The notes under the pieces: model-generated
What the model saw: the letters and a program-made list of their open reading frames with translations, nothing else
What the model was told of the DNA's origin: nothing
The model's database searches: none
Program-made: the position numbers and the translations under genes
Part shown: piece by piece, positions 47,964 through 60,400 of the stretch
Numbering within the stretch: position 1 is the first letter of the stretch
Layout: the number at the start of each line of letters is the position of its first letter
Assembly (NCBI GenBank): GCA_003971905.1
Contig: RSEE01000086.1
Location: 124,001-188,000, forward strand
Length of the DNA stretch: 64,000 bases
From: Moniliella sp. 'wahieum'
Lineage: Eukaryota
Direction of reading: 5' to 3'

Positions 47964-50900
47964 TCACATCAGCGAGCAAGATGCGCACACACTGTCGAGA
48001 TTCAAACGCCCAGATATGGAAGCTGAACTAGATCATACTTTTGCGTCCAGGACCACGTCTAAATATAATTCAAGGTACTATTATAACGTCGGAGAAGACG
48101 CAAAAAGCCAACACACGATCACCAGTTGTCTGTATTACAAAAGGGGTTTGATCCTAGTTGCGTAGATCGAAGGGGATCCACTCTTTGAGAGGCAACCGGA
48201 GTGCACGTCTTGGCGTAGACACGCGAAGACACGACCCAGGCGATGGATTCAGGGGAGACAAGGGAGACAAGGGGAGAATATATGAGCTCATCGGACGAGT
48301 TCGGCCACCCGACCCGCCCCACTGCAGGACATTATTTCCTGTTCCCCTTTCCACTTATTCTATAAGCACAAACTCTCTATAGTGATCCACCTTTCGATCA
48401 GCTGGCTGACTTCTGTGCGAGACACGTCCTATGTAAGGGCGCCCTTGGCCCACTATAGGTCCATGTGGGCCCTACGGCATCTGATTTCGATCAGTTGACA
48501 GATCCTGATCCACCTCTCTCAGGTGTTCCCCCTTCATCATGCCTCAGTCCACAGTCTAATCCTTGTTCGTCTTCTTCCCACCAATATCTTTCGTCACTTT
48601 CAGGACCTGCAAAAGTTGTGTGAGAAGAATGCCTTGCGTCTTGCTGAGCTGCCGACCCCAGCGTACACCATGGACAACAGGGTGATCCTTGCTTCCCACG
48701 CGATGGAGGGTAATCCCAACACGAGAGTTGCTGCATATGGTTCCTCAGCGACATCGATATCATCCACATATTGTCGTGGCCCCTGGATACGCCCCAACTT
48801 GATACGTAGTGGAAGCTTAGTCCTGTGGGCCCAGGCAAGCAACCACTCGTTTTGTCCTATATTCAATATGCACGTCCTCCCTCAACAGGTGTCGCTAGCA
48901 TTCGGGGAGGAAGATATGCCGCTATCAAGGTAGAGAGGGCCGAAGATCTGTTGTAAGAAGCTCGCGCATCGGGCCTACACATGGTCCCCTTGCCCGACAA
49001 GCCAGAGGGCTGACTCCCCCTCGTCTCCGTCAGAGACAAGGTTGTCTTCGCCCGGGCAGCCACACCGTTACACTAACCTGGGATAATGAAACGCAAAGGC
49101 AAAAAGACGAAGATCATCCTTATCGCACATATTCCTATACACCCCCACCCACCGTTGATTCCACTACATTTCCCCCGTCATCTTCCGCATGCTCCTAATC
49201 TCCTGCACCGCTAATACTCTTCTGCTTATATGGTGGTGAGAAACAGGAGGAAAGAAAACAGGATCAAAGAAAAAATCCAAATGAAAATGAAAATGAAATT
49301 AAATTGAATATATTTTAGCTCAAATTTCAAAGCTGCGGTAAGGTGCTTACCCCCCATTCCGCCTCTTCACTTGCATGGTTCTCTCTGTCTTCACAGACAT
49401 TTCTGTTTTGCCCCCATCCCGCCCACGCAGCCATGCACACCAAACCACCCAAACCTCAGCAGAATGCCTCGAATGACCCCGAGATTGATGCTTAGTTTTC
49501 GCCAGCCGAAACGCTCCGCATTTTTACTGTCATATGTAGGGCGCTGCGGACCCCGAGAAAAATATAAGTTCGGTCCCATGTTGTAGTTCAGGGAGGTATA
49601 AGCCCTTCATGGGCATCGCCAATCGAAGGCATGCTGGCATTAAATCCTGGCAGAACCTATAAGGTGTAGAGAAACGAAGGAGAGACATTCAATTTGTCGG
49701 GTGTGTGGCTTTCTGCGTGCGAAAAGGCTGCACCTCAGTCCCTCCGAAAGCGGAAGAGCACCGTGTGGGTATTTAGGTCGGCTGGATTCTTGTTGAAGGG
49801 GTTCAGGATTTAACGTTACTTCGTTACCGTTACTACAACCATCACTGGCGAGATAGACAATGGTATATAACTGAAGAACAAAAAAGCGCTATTACCTTAA
49901 CAGGTCACCGCGGCAACTGCGCGTTATGCAATGTTACTATACTATTCCGAAGATATCGAGACAGAGGTATATACTAAACAGGATGCAGGAGTTTTGTGGG
50001 AGGCGAGCAAGGCAGGGGCAGAAGTGGTGGAGATGCAATCGGGGGGAGGCAGCGCGGAGGCGCAAACAAGAAGGGGCGGAACAGAGACAGCGCGGGGCCG
50101 CCGCGCACAACAAGTTTTACAGAGAGGAAGAGATCGAAACGCAACCCACGTTCTCAAGGGGGCTCTGCCGCATTTCGCTGCCTCGTGCCGCAGACAATGG
50201 GTTCCAGCAATACTGCTTGGGTACAGTGTATGCTAATAAGCACCCGCCGATGGAGCTCATGCGACCTTGGCATGCCCCGTAGTGGATATCAGCAACATCG
50301 ATGCATAGCCTAGTAATACTGACTCTCTCTCACTATAGTCTAACGGGAATGCCATGTGCATGGATCAGATGTCTACGATATGTCGGGCTCTGTGTTTCGA
50401 GCTATCCACTGCAGAACTCGCAATTGTTTCGCCAGACATCATTCAATCCTGTCTCCATCACACTGCTTCGAATTCTATCCTCAGCTGCCACCGACAATTG
50501 GTTTCTTCACCATCCAGTAAAAGTCTTTCTAGAGAGGTCGGTTGACGCCCGAATTCTTATTCTGAAAATCTTGGGTGGTATGTGTTACGAAATTCAACAG
50601 TCTCTCTTGAGTGAGACAAAGTTATTGTTACACTGAGTACCCCCCTTCAGAAGTCCGCCATGCACAGTACCATACGACGGTCTAAATCTGCACCTGATTC
50701 TTTTTTTCGCCGCTTTTTCATAGGTCTTCTGTCTACCATGCACTGGCACTCACAATTTTCCCGGTAAGCAGACGGACGTGGTTCGAGAAATGATCGTTAC
50801 AGTATTGTCTCTGCAAAACACATGTCTATTATAGCGTCAAGTACAAAAACGTTCTCGAGAGTTGCTGTTGCGACATGGATATGGAAGCTAAGTGTTACGG

Positions 50901-53900
50901 GCCGCGTCGGATCGAAGATGGTCTGATCCAAGCTAAGGCCCGCCTGCTCTGCACATGCTCAGTCTAACCCAAGCCCAACCAAGTTCGACGATGGTTGGTT
51001 GAACCATGTACGGTGGCCCGAGTTGCCATGCGTACGCGCGGCAGTATAGTCGCCTCCCACCCAAGTCCAAAAAAAGTCGGTGGCCGAAACGAGGCCACCA
51101 AGTATTCAGTACCTTTGCGACGTCCGTCGCCCTATCACCACTTATTTTCCTTTCTCGGTCCCTCCTGCGGCGATCAACCCCTCTTTTGACGTGCCTTCCT
51201 TTCTACACCACATCTTGTGTCTGTTTCCTCTTTTGATTTAGCCTGTACCCTGGTTGGTGGGGGATCTTTTCCCCCACCCTCCATTCTCGTCCTTTCCCGC
51301 CTATCCTGTCCAACTCCTACCCGTTTTCCAGCCAATTGATCCAGTACAGGCAGCTTGCTCTTGTTAGCGTCCGACTTCTCTTCCGACCTCGTCCTCCAGC
51401 CATTCGTCAGTCCAGTCGCGCCGAGCCCTCCTTTGGTCGCGTCGATTTCCAGTCTCTATCCAGTCTCCGTTCAGGCAGTGTTTGTCCGCCGCTGCCTCAT
51501 CCCGTCCCTAAGTCCCGGAGGCTTCAGACACGTTACTACGGCCCAAGCCGGTGCAGACGCAGCCTTGCCACACGTGCAGCCGCCCCGCCAAATGCCTCTC
51601 CTCGTCCCTAGCTCCGCTCGGATTCACCAATCAGCCCAAGCCCGAAACTACTGTGAGTCGTCCTTCCATCTCCTAAGGGATTGTACCCCAAGAACCTGGG
51701 TGAGCCCCCTGGCGGGGCCCGCCCGTGACACTAAGTATACATATATGGGAAAACCTTTATGGAGACCTGCACTGGACCACTGCATTTTCGCCACCACACA
51801 CCTATTGGACAACATCTTTTCGTTTGAGATCCTGTGTTCATCACTTCAGTGCCCGCCATAGTGTCCACAAAATGTTTTGCTCTCGCCTCGGTGCTCATGA
51901 GAAGGCGGGCGCTGTTGATTTTAGTCATCCGGGTCCACCTGCTTGCGGCTACTTGTTTCGGTTACAGCACAACGGTACCATCACTACCTCCAACGACGGT
52001 TTGTGGGCCTTTTTGTCGTTCGGACAGCCGAAGTTATGTCACGGAGGGTAAAAACGGGACGGCCACACGGGCTGACCCCAAATCCGGTCTTAATGCTTTC
52101 CTTTTGAAGCCTCGGCTATGTAAAGTCTACACCGTGGATTTTATCTGGCGTCAATGAACCAGAAAAAAAAGGCAGTCAGCTTCTTTAGCTCCCTAATGGC
52201 TTCATCCTCCTACCGTTCCCCTCGTCTCCGGTTCATGAAACCCTACCCTCCTCGCTTGGATCCTCCTTGATCGATGATTCTCCTCCGCGATCCTCTACAG
52301 TGCCAGGTATTCGCCCATCTTCCTTCAGGATCCCGCGGGAGCCCAGTACATTTTTAGTCCAAAAGTTTCAGTTCCAGCTCTCCACAGTCCCAGCCCACAC
52401 AGGGGGGTCGTATATTCCCTTGCCTATAGCTCCTCTCTCCGAATACGAAGTCCGCAGGTACGCTATTACTCTCTCCAAAAAGCTGGCACCTATTACTAGT
52501 ACTTAGTCTTGCCATATACAGGGAGGAAACGCCTTTTCTTTAAGCCGACTCGGAGTAGGCCGCATGTTTTCCTCTAACCCCACTCGCATTTGCCACTACA
52601 GACCGACAGGAACGAACTGGCGTGAATCGACACAATGTCTTCCACCTAGGGACATCCGTTTGCCCCGAACCCCCGAGCGAGCCCCACACGTGAGAAATTA
52701 AAGCCCCCACAATAAATAGCGGCCACTTTCCCCCCCAAAGAAACTATTTTGCCCCCTTTTCTCTTCCTTTTGGTATTAGCAACCTTCAATCTCTCTCCTT
52801 TTCCCACGAAGGACGACGCTAGTGACTAGTGAGGATCCTCTGTAAGTTCCAGCTACAGTACACATGGTGAGAGTAGGTTGAATATGTCTGCTTCTCTCAC
52901 AGTATGTGTTTATAAACAAGGGTCATGTAAACTTGTTTTGGCTGTGCGTATATACCCCGCTGTTCTCGGGTTTATGTTGGTTTTATATTACTACCCCGCA
53001 ACGACTTTGTGCCGAGACACGTAGCTCATCGATGATCACCGGATAATCGGAGTATATGTACGGCACGTACGGCATGGGTGGCTAATTCAGATAAATCCGT
53101 CACCGGGGCACCATGGGCATCATGTCCTCCTTGGCTCTCTTGGTGATTTTGAAGCTTGAAGTCATTACAGACCTCAAACGGGGGAGGCTTTTCCTGTTTT
53201 TTGAGGGGGGTATATACCGGTCGGACCCAAGCTCTGAGGTATGCAAGGATGCATTGTGTGTGGCCTGCGTGAGTGTGGAGAGACCAAGTTCTAAGAGACC
53301 TTCGTTAACCGTACCATTTATTCGCATCAGAGCGGGTGAGGTGTGGCGCAAGTAGTACTGCGCGCTATACTCAGAATGGATCCGAGAGTGTTGCATGCTT
53401 TGAGTTGTGGAGTGAATAAAAATATGGCGGGTGACCGGTGACGCGTGACGTGTGATGCTAGTGACGTATTCGTGCGGGGATTGCACCGATTGTGCTGGGC
53501 GGTGCAAATGCCCGGCGATTTCGGAGAATCGCAGAGTAAAAGTCTCCTGCTCGATGATCGATGATCGATTACCAAAAGCTCCAGTAGTCTAACAGTGTTC
53601 TCACACTCTCCAATAGGCCACAACCTCCCGCTTTACTCCTACATGGGGAAGCGGAAGTAGCCCCAGTTGCTTGCACCGTTGAGGTTATATGACCTTCCCA
53701 GTACGTGAAGGTGTCAACGTCATGTGGACGGCCTCGAACGTGGGGCCCCAAACATTAGATATCTATATTTCCGAGATGTAACATGTAATGGCAACCGCAG
53801 CGCGAGAAGCCCATGCACGGATTTTTGTCGATCGAATATTGAGGCTCGGCGAACGAGAACCGAATAGGGCACCAACAGGTTTCATCCGTTGATACCCGAC

Positions 53901-54987
53901 AGGAGAACCGCACGACCCAGGGACTCTCTGGGGCACCTCGTGCCGATGCAATCAGTTGCATCATTACCGGTTACCAGTACTCAATAGCGGATCCCTATAC
54001 TCAACGTCTGCCAACGCTCAAGGGGGTACTACGTTTCCCCAAAGGCTGATCTCGCCACAATGATGAGGCATTTGTCGTACAACTATCGGGGATCTGCGCT
54101 CGGCACACTACAGCACACGAAGTATAACAAGGTGAGACACATCAGTATAGAATAGTGGTCTGTGCACGATTCACAGTGGGGTGTTTACTAGATTACCCGT
54201 TCCGCCGAGAAGTATAGAGCCACTGCCGGCGAACAAGTGGCGTGGGTCATGGTTTTTGCATCCAGCTGTTGTCCACACTTGATATATGCATGAACTGAGT
54301 GCGCTGAGTGTTGAGTATACGTTGAAGGTTGGGTGCTGAGTCTCTCCTCCATCCAGGGGGATGGCAAGCGGGTGTATACCCTTGCATACGTTTTGGTTGT
54401 TAGTTGCCCGTGCATACCTCGTGCCGCCTGGGCTGAGCGCCAAGCTTGGCCCTACACTGGCCTTGCCTGGCCCCATCGATCATCGATCGAATCATCAGAC
54501 TTACAGCTTACCGGCGTACCGGCTTACCGGCTGAGCTCTGCTACGTACGCCCTGTACAAACGTACGCTACGGACCTATAGCGCACCCTTTTCTCCACACG
54601 CCACACCCCCCCCACAAAACGCCGCTCGTGCCCCACCAGTGGTCCAGTGCTCTAGTGCTCCAGCTGCCACAGTGCCCCCACCCAGCCGAGGCGGGTCTTC
54701 GCTTCGCCGCCGCTCGCATTTGCAGTCTCCGTCGATCGTCGATCATGGATCACCGGTCTCATCATTCGGTTGCTCGTACTATAGCACACTACACGAGAAA
54801 ATGCACGTACAATAGTGGTACACTTGCTATATATACCCACATCCCTCGCTTGCAGTATATAGTGGATTCAAATTGTGGTAAGCCACTCCATTTCCAGAGC
54901 CACACTCTCTTTTGCCGCAGCTTTGTCGGACAACCAACATCTCTCCCAGCCGTAATCTCAACCTCTTTTCTTCTCTCCACCGCCGCC

Positions 54988-56938
54988 ATGGTCAACCTTC
55001 TGTCGGCGTTGCTAGCAGTCGGCACCGCATTGCCCCTGCTTCCTGCCGCCTGGGCAATGCGCATCCCCTCCGCCACCTCTGACTTGGTCGTGGACCTGGG
55101 GTATGCCCGCTACCAGGGCTACCACAACGACACACTCGATGGACTGCGGGTGTGGAGGGGGATCCGCTACGCCCAGCCACCGGTGGGCGAACTGCGGTGG
55201 CGCGCGCCGCGCACCTTGCCCCCTGCCCAGGACGACCATGTGCAGAACGCAACCATGTTCCAGGCCCAGTGCCCCCAGACTGCCAATGCCGTCCCGCAGT
55301 TCCCTCCACTCGTCGCCCCTCCAATTAGCGAGGACTGTCTCTTTCTCAATGTGTATGCCTCACCCGACGCTTGCGATGCCCCCGTCTTCATCTGGATCCA
55401 CGGTGGCGGTACGTCTCAGTCCTTTTCCCCTCTTGCCCTTTATCCCCTTGTTCTTGAACCTGGCCTCGCTGACAACCTTTTATGTGTCACCCTCGGTGCC
55501 GGGGCGCTATACAGGCTATGGCCAAGGCAACAGTCGTGATGATCCGAGCGAGCTCATTTTGAATGGTACGCAGTCCGAAAAGATGGTTGTTGTCACGTTC
55601 GAATACCGTTTAGGTGCCTTGGGCTTTGCCTCTTCCAACCAGATCCACGACAATGGGGATTTGAATGTTGGTCTGCTGGACCAACAGGCCGTGATGCATT
55701 GGGTTCAGAAATACATCCACCAATTTGGCGGCGACCCGCGCCGGGTTACCATTGGGGGCGAAAGTGCAGGCGGGGGAGCAACCATGATCCATGCAGTATC
55801 CTACAATGGTACGCTCGGCACCTCACTTTTCCACCAACTTGTCACCTCCTCCCCTTCGCTGCACAAACCGTGCCCTATAACAACTCCCTCGCCCAAACGG
55901 CGTTTGAGCAATTTGCCGCGGGCGCCGGCTGCCCCGAAATCAACCCCTCCACTATGGACTGTCTTCGTCAAGCTCCTCTGTCTGCCATCAATGCCTCTTC
56001 CAACGCGGTCTCCATGTCAGGCGTGTACGCCAGCTGGGCTTTCAATCCGGTCAATGACAACCGTCTCCTGGTCGACCTGCCTTCCAGGCTACTGGCCCAA
56101 AAGCGGGTGAACGGGGCCCGGATGCTCACTGGCAACAATGCCGAAGAAGGTCCAATGTTTACCGCCCAGAATTTGACCGACATGGCAGCAGCCACCAGCT
56201 GGATCGCGGCGCTCTACCCAGGTCTCGGCACCAGCCTGGACGAGGCCATCGCTCTGTACCTCCCACTAGCTGAACTGGGGAAGAACGAGACGTTTGCTAC
56301 GGACGGATTTGGTGCGCCGGCCAGTAGCTCGGTCCAATCGACTGGGGTAGGTGCGCAAGCGTTAGCAGATACCCTGTTGGCCGAATCGACGTACATTTGT
56401 CCTTCGTATTGGTTGGCCGACGCATATTCCTCCTTCCCACGACGCAGCTGGAAGTACCAGCACTCGGTCGTGCCGGCCATCCATGCAAGCGACGTGCCAG
56501 CCATCTTCTCCAACCAGGGCCAACCGTGGCAGCTGGCGCGATTGGGCCAGCAGTACCGCGCCGCCTTCCAATCCATCTGGCGCACCTACATCCTCACTGG
56601 CACTCCTACGCTCCCGCCGCGGATGCACGAGGCGCCTTGACAGATAAGACGGCACTCGGTTGTACACAGTCAATGGTACCCGTCTCCGCGGCGGGGAGGA
56701 TACCCAGCTGGGCGCGTCGTGGCGCCCCTGGCACCCCAAGGGAGGAGTCATGCTCAACCTCAACGAGACTGGTGGCCAGCCATCGTCAGTGTACGTCTAC
56801 GGCTACCACAACACCACTGTCCACGTGGGACCGGGCCTTCAAAATGACTTTAGTTTGGTCCGGGGCAACGAGTGGGAGTCCGGCCGAGGCGAACGGTGTC
56901 GGTGGTGGCGCGAGAACATGTGGAAGATCCCGGGCTGA
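54988..56938 (+). CDS. Secreted type-B carboxylesterase/lipase; intron 55409-55514; two apparent frameshifts
   Basis: Signal peptide MVNLLSALLAVGTALPLLPAAWA; GIRYAQPPVGELRW, SEDCLFLNVY, WIHGGGY (across intron), YRLGALGF, FGGDPRRVTIGGESAGG, NNAEEG, HASD. Confidence 0.94.
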
Positions 56939-57490
56939 GCACATTTGCCACTCTGAAGGACAATCCTCTTCACACATCCGAGGGCGTTCGCACATGCGCG
57001 GTGAGGGGGGACTTGTTCCTTACGCTTTTTCCGAAAGTCAGAGGGCGGGATATGATACTTCCCTGAGAGCGCTTTTACCCATGTTTGATTCGTCCACCTG
57101 CATGACAAGCCTGATTTCACCGCCTGCTGTTTTGTACTTTCTTTTCCTACTGCTAGCATTAGCAAGTTCACATTTCTTGAATGAGGCCCCTGTATCTTTT
57201 TTCTTTCCCGCCTCTACATGTCTGTGCCGACGATCATCAATGTGGTAAAAGGATGGCAAATGATCAATGAAAAGCATGGTGACAGGCGCTTGGTGGCTTG
57301 TTCCTTTTGCGCCGAGAGAATCAGAAATGGGGGGGAGATCCATAGCGAAAGTGTCCATCCAGGTCATCTGTCGGTACTTGGTACACGTCCGTCCGTTTGT
57401 CCTAGAAAAACAAAAGGCGATTCGGAGAGGGTGGGGTTTCAAGGGGGCTGGGAGGGGGGGAGGGGCTTTGGTCGTAGCCAGCGATCTGTT

Positions 57491-60400
57491 TCATGCGGTG
57501 CGGAAGACCAGTTCAAAGATGGTCTGTTCATCGTAAGCTGGGTTGGTAGGGCAAGGGATCCGCTGGCTGACCAACACGGGCACCGGTGGGTCTGCTCCGC
57601 GTACCTCCTCCCCCGGACGCGGCACCAGCACCACATCCCCCGACACAAGGGACCAATTGCGGCCCTTGATCACTTGTTCCAAGCGTCCGTTGACCCTGCG
57701 GATCTCAATCAAGCGGGGACTGATTCCGATCAGGTAGTGGCCATGCAACACCACACTTTCCGGCTCCCCTTCCCATCGGAACGCTTCATGCAGTCGGTCG
57801 GGCGTGCCGGCCTTGCCATCGGCATCGGACAAGACGTAAATGCCATACTTGCGGTAGACAAGGAGGATGTTACGGTCGCGTTTGCTCCCGGGCTTGGGCA
57901 CGGAGAACATGGCCAACACTTTGCTCCCATCCAACTCTTTCCGCGCCACGCTCATCTTGGGCGTACCTTGGAACGTCTCCTTGGTGATGGCAGAGTTGTT
58001 GCGCATCTCGCTGCCGAGGGACGGTCGCGCCGGTAGCCACCATCACTGAGGTCCCGCACTGCCCCGGACGTCAAGGCAAAATCGGGTAGACTGATGGGCA
58101 CCTTGGTGAGATCGGCATCGATAATGTCCACTCCGCCTTCGTGAATGACGGCCAGGTCGGTACGGTAAAATTGGATGCGAGACGGGTTGCGTTTGTCGGT
58201 AAAGAAGGGTTCGGCTCTTCCAGCACCGCATCTCCACATTGGATCTTGGTCGAGCCGAGGAAGCGGCGCATACCCGAATGACCCCCACCTCCACTCTCGG
58301 CGGGCGAAAGGCGGAGTTGACGGAACCCCATTTTCCCTTTTGTTGCAAGATGAGCGCAGGTTTATGGGCCACCTTACCAATCGCAAAGAACCCCACTCGT
58401 CCCTTCGCTTCTTGTTGAGCTGCACCTTCTTGTCCCCCTGCACCGACGAAACCGAGCTCGAGGGGGAAATCGAGGCGAGCGCATAGGCGTGTACGTCGGT
58501 GCCCGTTTGAAGAATCAGTGTGCCTTGGTACGCGCCGCCGCGGGCGGGGGCAAACAAGGCCATGTCCTCTACATTGGGCGCATGCAGCACTTGCTTCATT
58601 ATTCCGCGCCCGCGCACTCCACCCACACCCCGATCCGCCCTGCGACCGCCACGAGCTCCCGACCGTCGTGGGTGTGGAAAACGATGGCCTTGACCAGGTC
58701 TCCGGTCAATTGCATGTTGGGTGCCGGGGTGGAGGAAAGGCCGACCGTGCCCGCACGCGCCGCGCCAAATTTCTCGTTGGTCAACAAGTTGAGTTGCATG
58801 GGGGCTCGGGAGCTGAGCGCAATCTGCCGTTGATCGATCCGATCCTGCAGCGTCTTCTCCAGCTGCTCTCGCATCGCTTGGTCGCACAGAACAGAATTTG
58901 GACTCCGTGCGCCACATGCCCCACATAGAAAGGAATCGTTCAGCTCCATGCATCTGCGCCTCGCCACTAAACGAACCCATTTGCACCGTCTCGAGTGGGA
59001 TTGGCTGGACACAGAGTCAGTATCGTTAACAGTTTCAGTCGCTCTAGGAGGGTGGGGGCTGAAGGGGGGTTAAAACGTACGCGTTGGAAGAACCGGAATC
59101 CCGTCGCCGTGCGACCTTCAAGGGCGGGGTCGGACTCTGGGAAGGGGTGCGGTCGTCAGCGAAGGAGTCGGTCACGTCGCCTGGCGAACCGGATTGGAGG
59201 AGGACTTTGAGCGGGACCTCGACCGCCTCGAGGATCAGTAGATACGAGTCGGTGACCACGATGCGAAGGTCCTTATTGCTGAAAACGAGTAGATGGGGAT
59301 TTCGAGTACCAGCCTCCGATTCGGTCGGTTCAAGCCCAAACTCTGGATCATCATGGCGTCTCCGATGGACGGGTTGGCCTTCCACAGCAAGGTATGGTGC
59401 AAGCGGAACGCGTTGGCCCGTTCTGTTTCAGGGGGCAGAATCTCATTGTTGATCCGCTCCACAGCTCGGCCATGATTTGCAACGCTCGTTCCATCAGTAC
59501 GTCTCGGTCCGCGCTTCCTCCTCGGTCATCAGTCCAGGTTTGGTCAGCTTGAGGGGAGCGCGGGCGAGAAGAGGGTACTGGGCAAACGTGGTTCGGGCAC
59601 GATCGACAACCGTCTTGAGCGTCCGCTTCCGCATGCCGCCTAACTTGGCAATTGACTCGACCAAATTGGCAAAGCGTGGGTTGCGGATCGCCTCCAAGTC
59701 CAGCATCACAGTTGCCATGGGGTAAATGGCAATGTAGCCCAACACAGCGCGCCACAACGGCTCGCTTGCCACATACTCCAGCACCAGATCCCCCAGACCC
59801 AGATGTACCCCCGCTCTCCCGAGGCGAGCACGCGCTGCTGCAATTTGATCAAAAAGGGTTCCGCCACCTTCAACAGGTCATCCACCCGTGCCATCATTTG
59901 CGTGCACCAATTCGTCCGCTGTGCCGACTTTCCCGCTCGCCCAAGTGGCGGACTGCTCTGGTGCGAACCGCTGAGAGAAGTACCAAGAGAATTGGCCAGC
60001 ATGGGGGATCGGCGAAAAGCGGGCGGTGGCCTTGCTCGCAACAAGTCGAGGCTTGTGCTTGTTGTCGTGCGCACAACCGGGGGGTAGAGGATGGAAGGGG
60101 ACAAAGAAGGGCAGTACCCCCCCTTCGACCATCGGAAGCAGTACCGTGCGTAGCAACCGCAGATCGGCGACAAAGGAAGCGTGGTAGTAGCAAAACTCGT
60201 ACAGCATGTTTTGCCTTGTGATCTCCTCCTTTTCCTCTTTCGTGTGGGTGGACAAAGCGGCGTCGCCCAAGACCAGTTGCGCCCACTCTTTTTTCTGTGC
60301 GTGGTCCACGTCAAGTGTAAGAATGCTCTCCAGTGCCGCGTTCAGCCGCTCGTTCGCCGGCCGATCATCGATAGGGGACGAGCTGCTCGCTTCCGAATGC

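Larger units (their letters stand above)
36100..54900. other. ~19 kb host-gene-free, lower-GC, retroelement-relic block (candidate regional centromere/heterochromatin)
   Basis: No credible host gene; composition visibly less GC-rich than the flanks; three LTR-element relics inside. Confidence 0.55.

Noticed and set aside
51490..51545. SPGGFRHVT as a CRIB motif
   Set aside because: Lacks the ISxP start and the second His; no supporting gene structure.
36100..54900. Mating-type locus or CRISPR-like array
   Set aside because: No STE3, homeodomain or CAAX pheromone ORF recognised; no regularly spaced repeat-spacer array.
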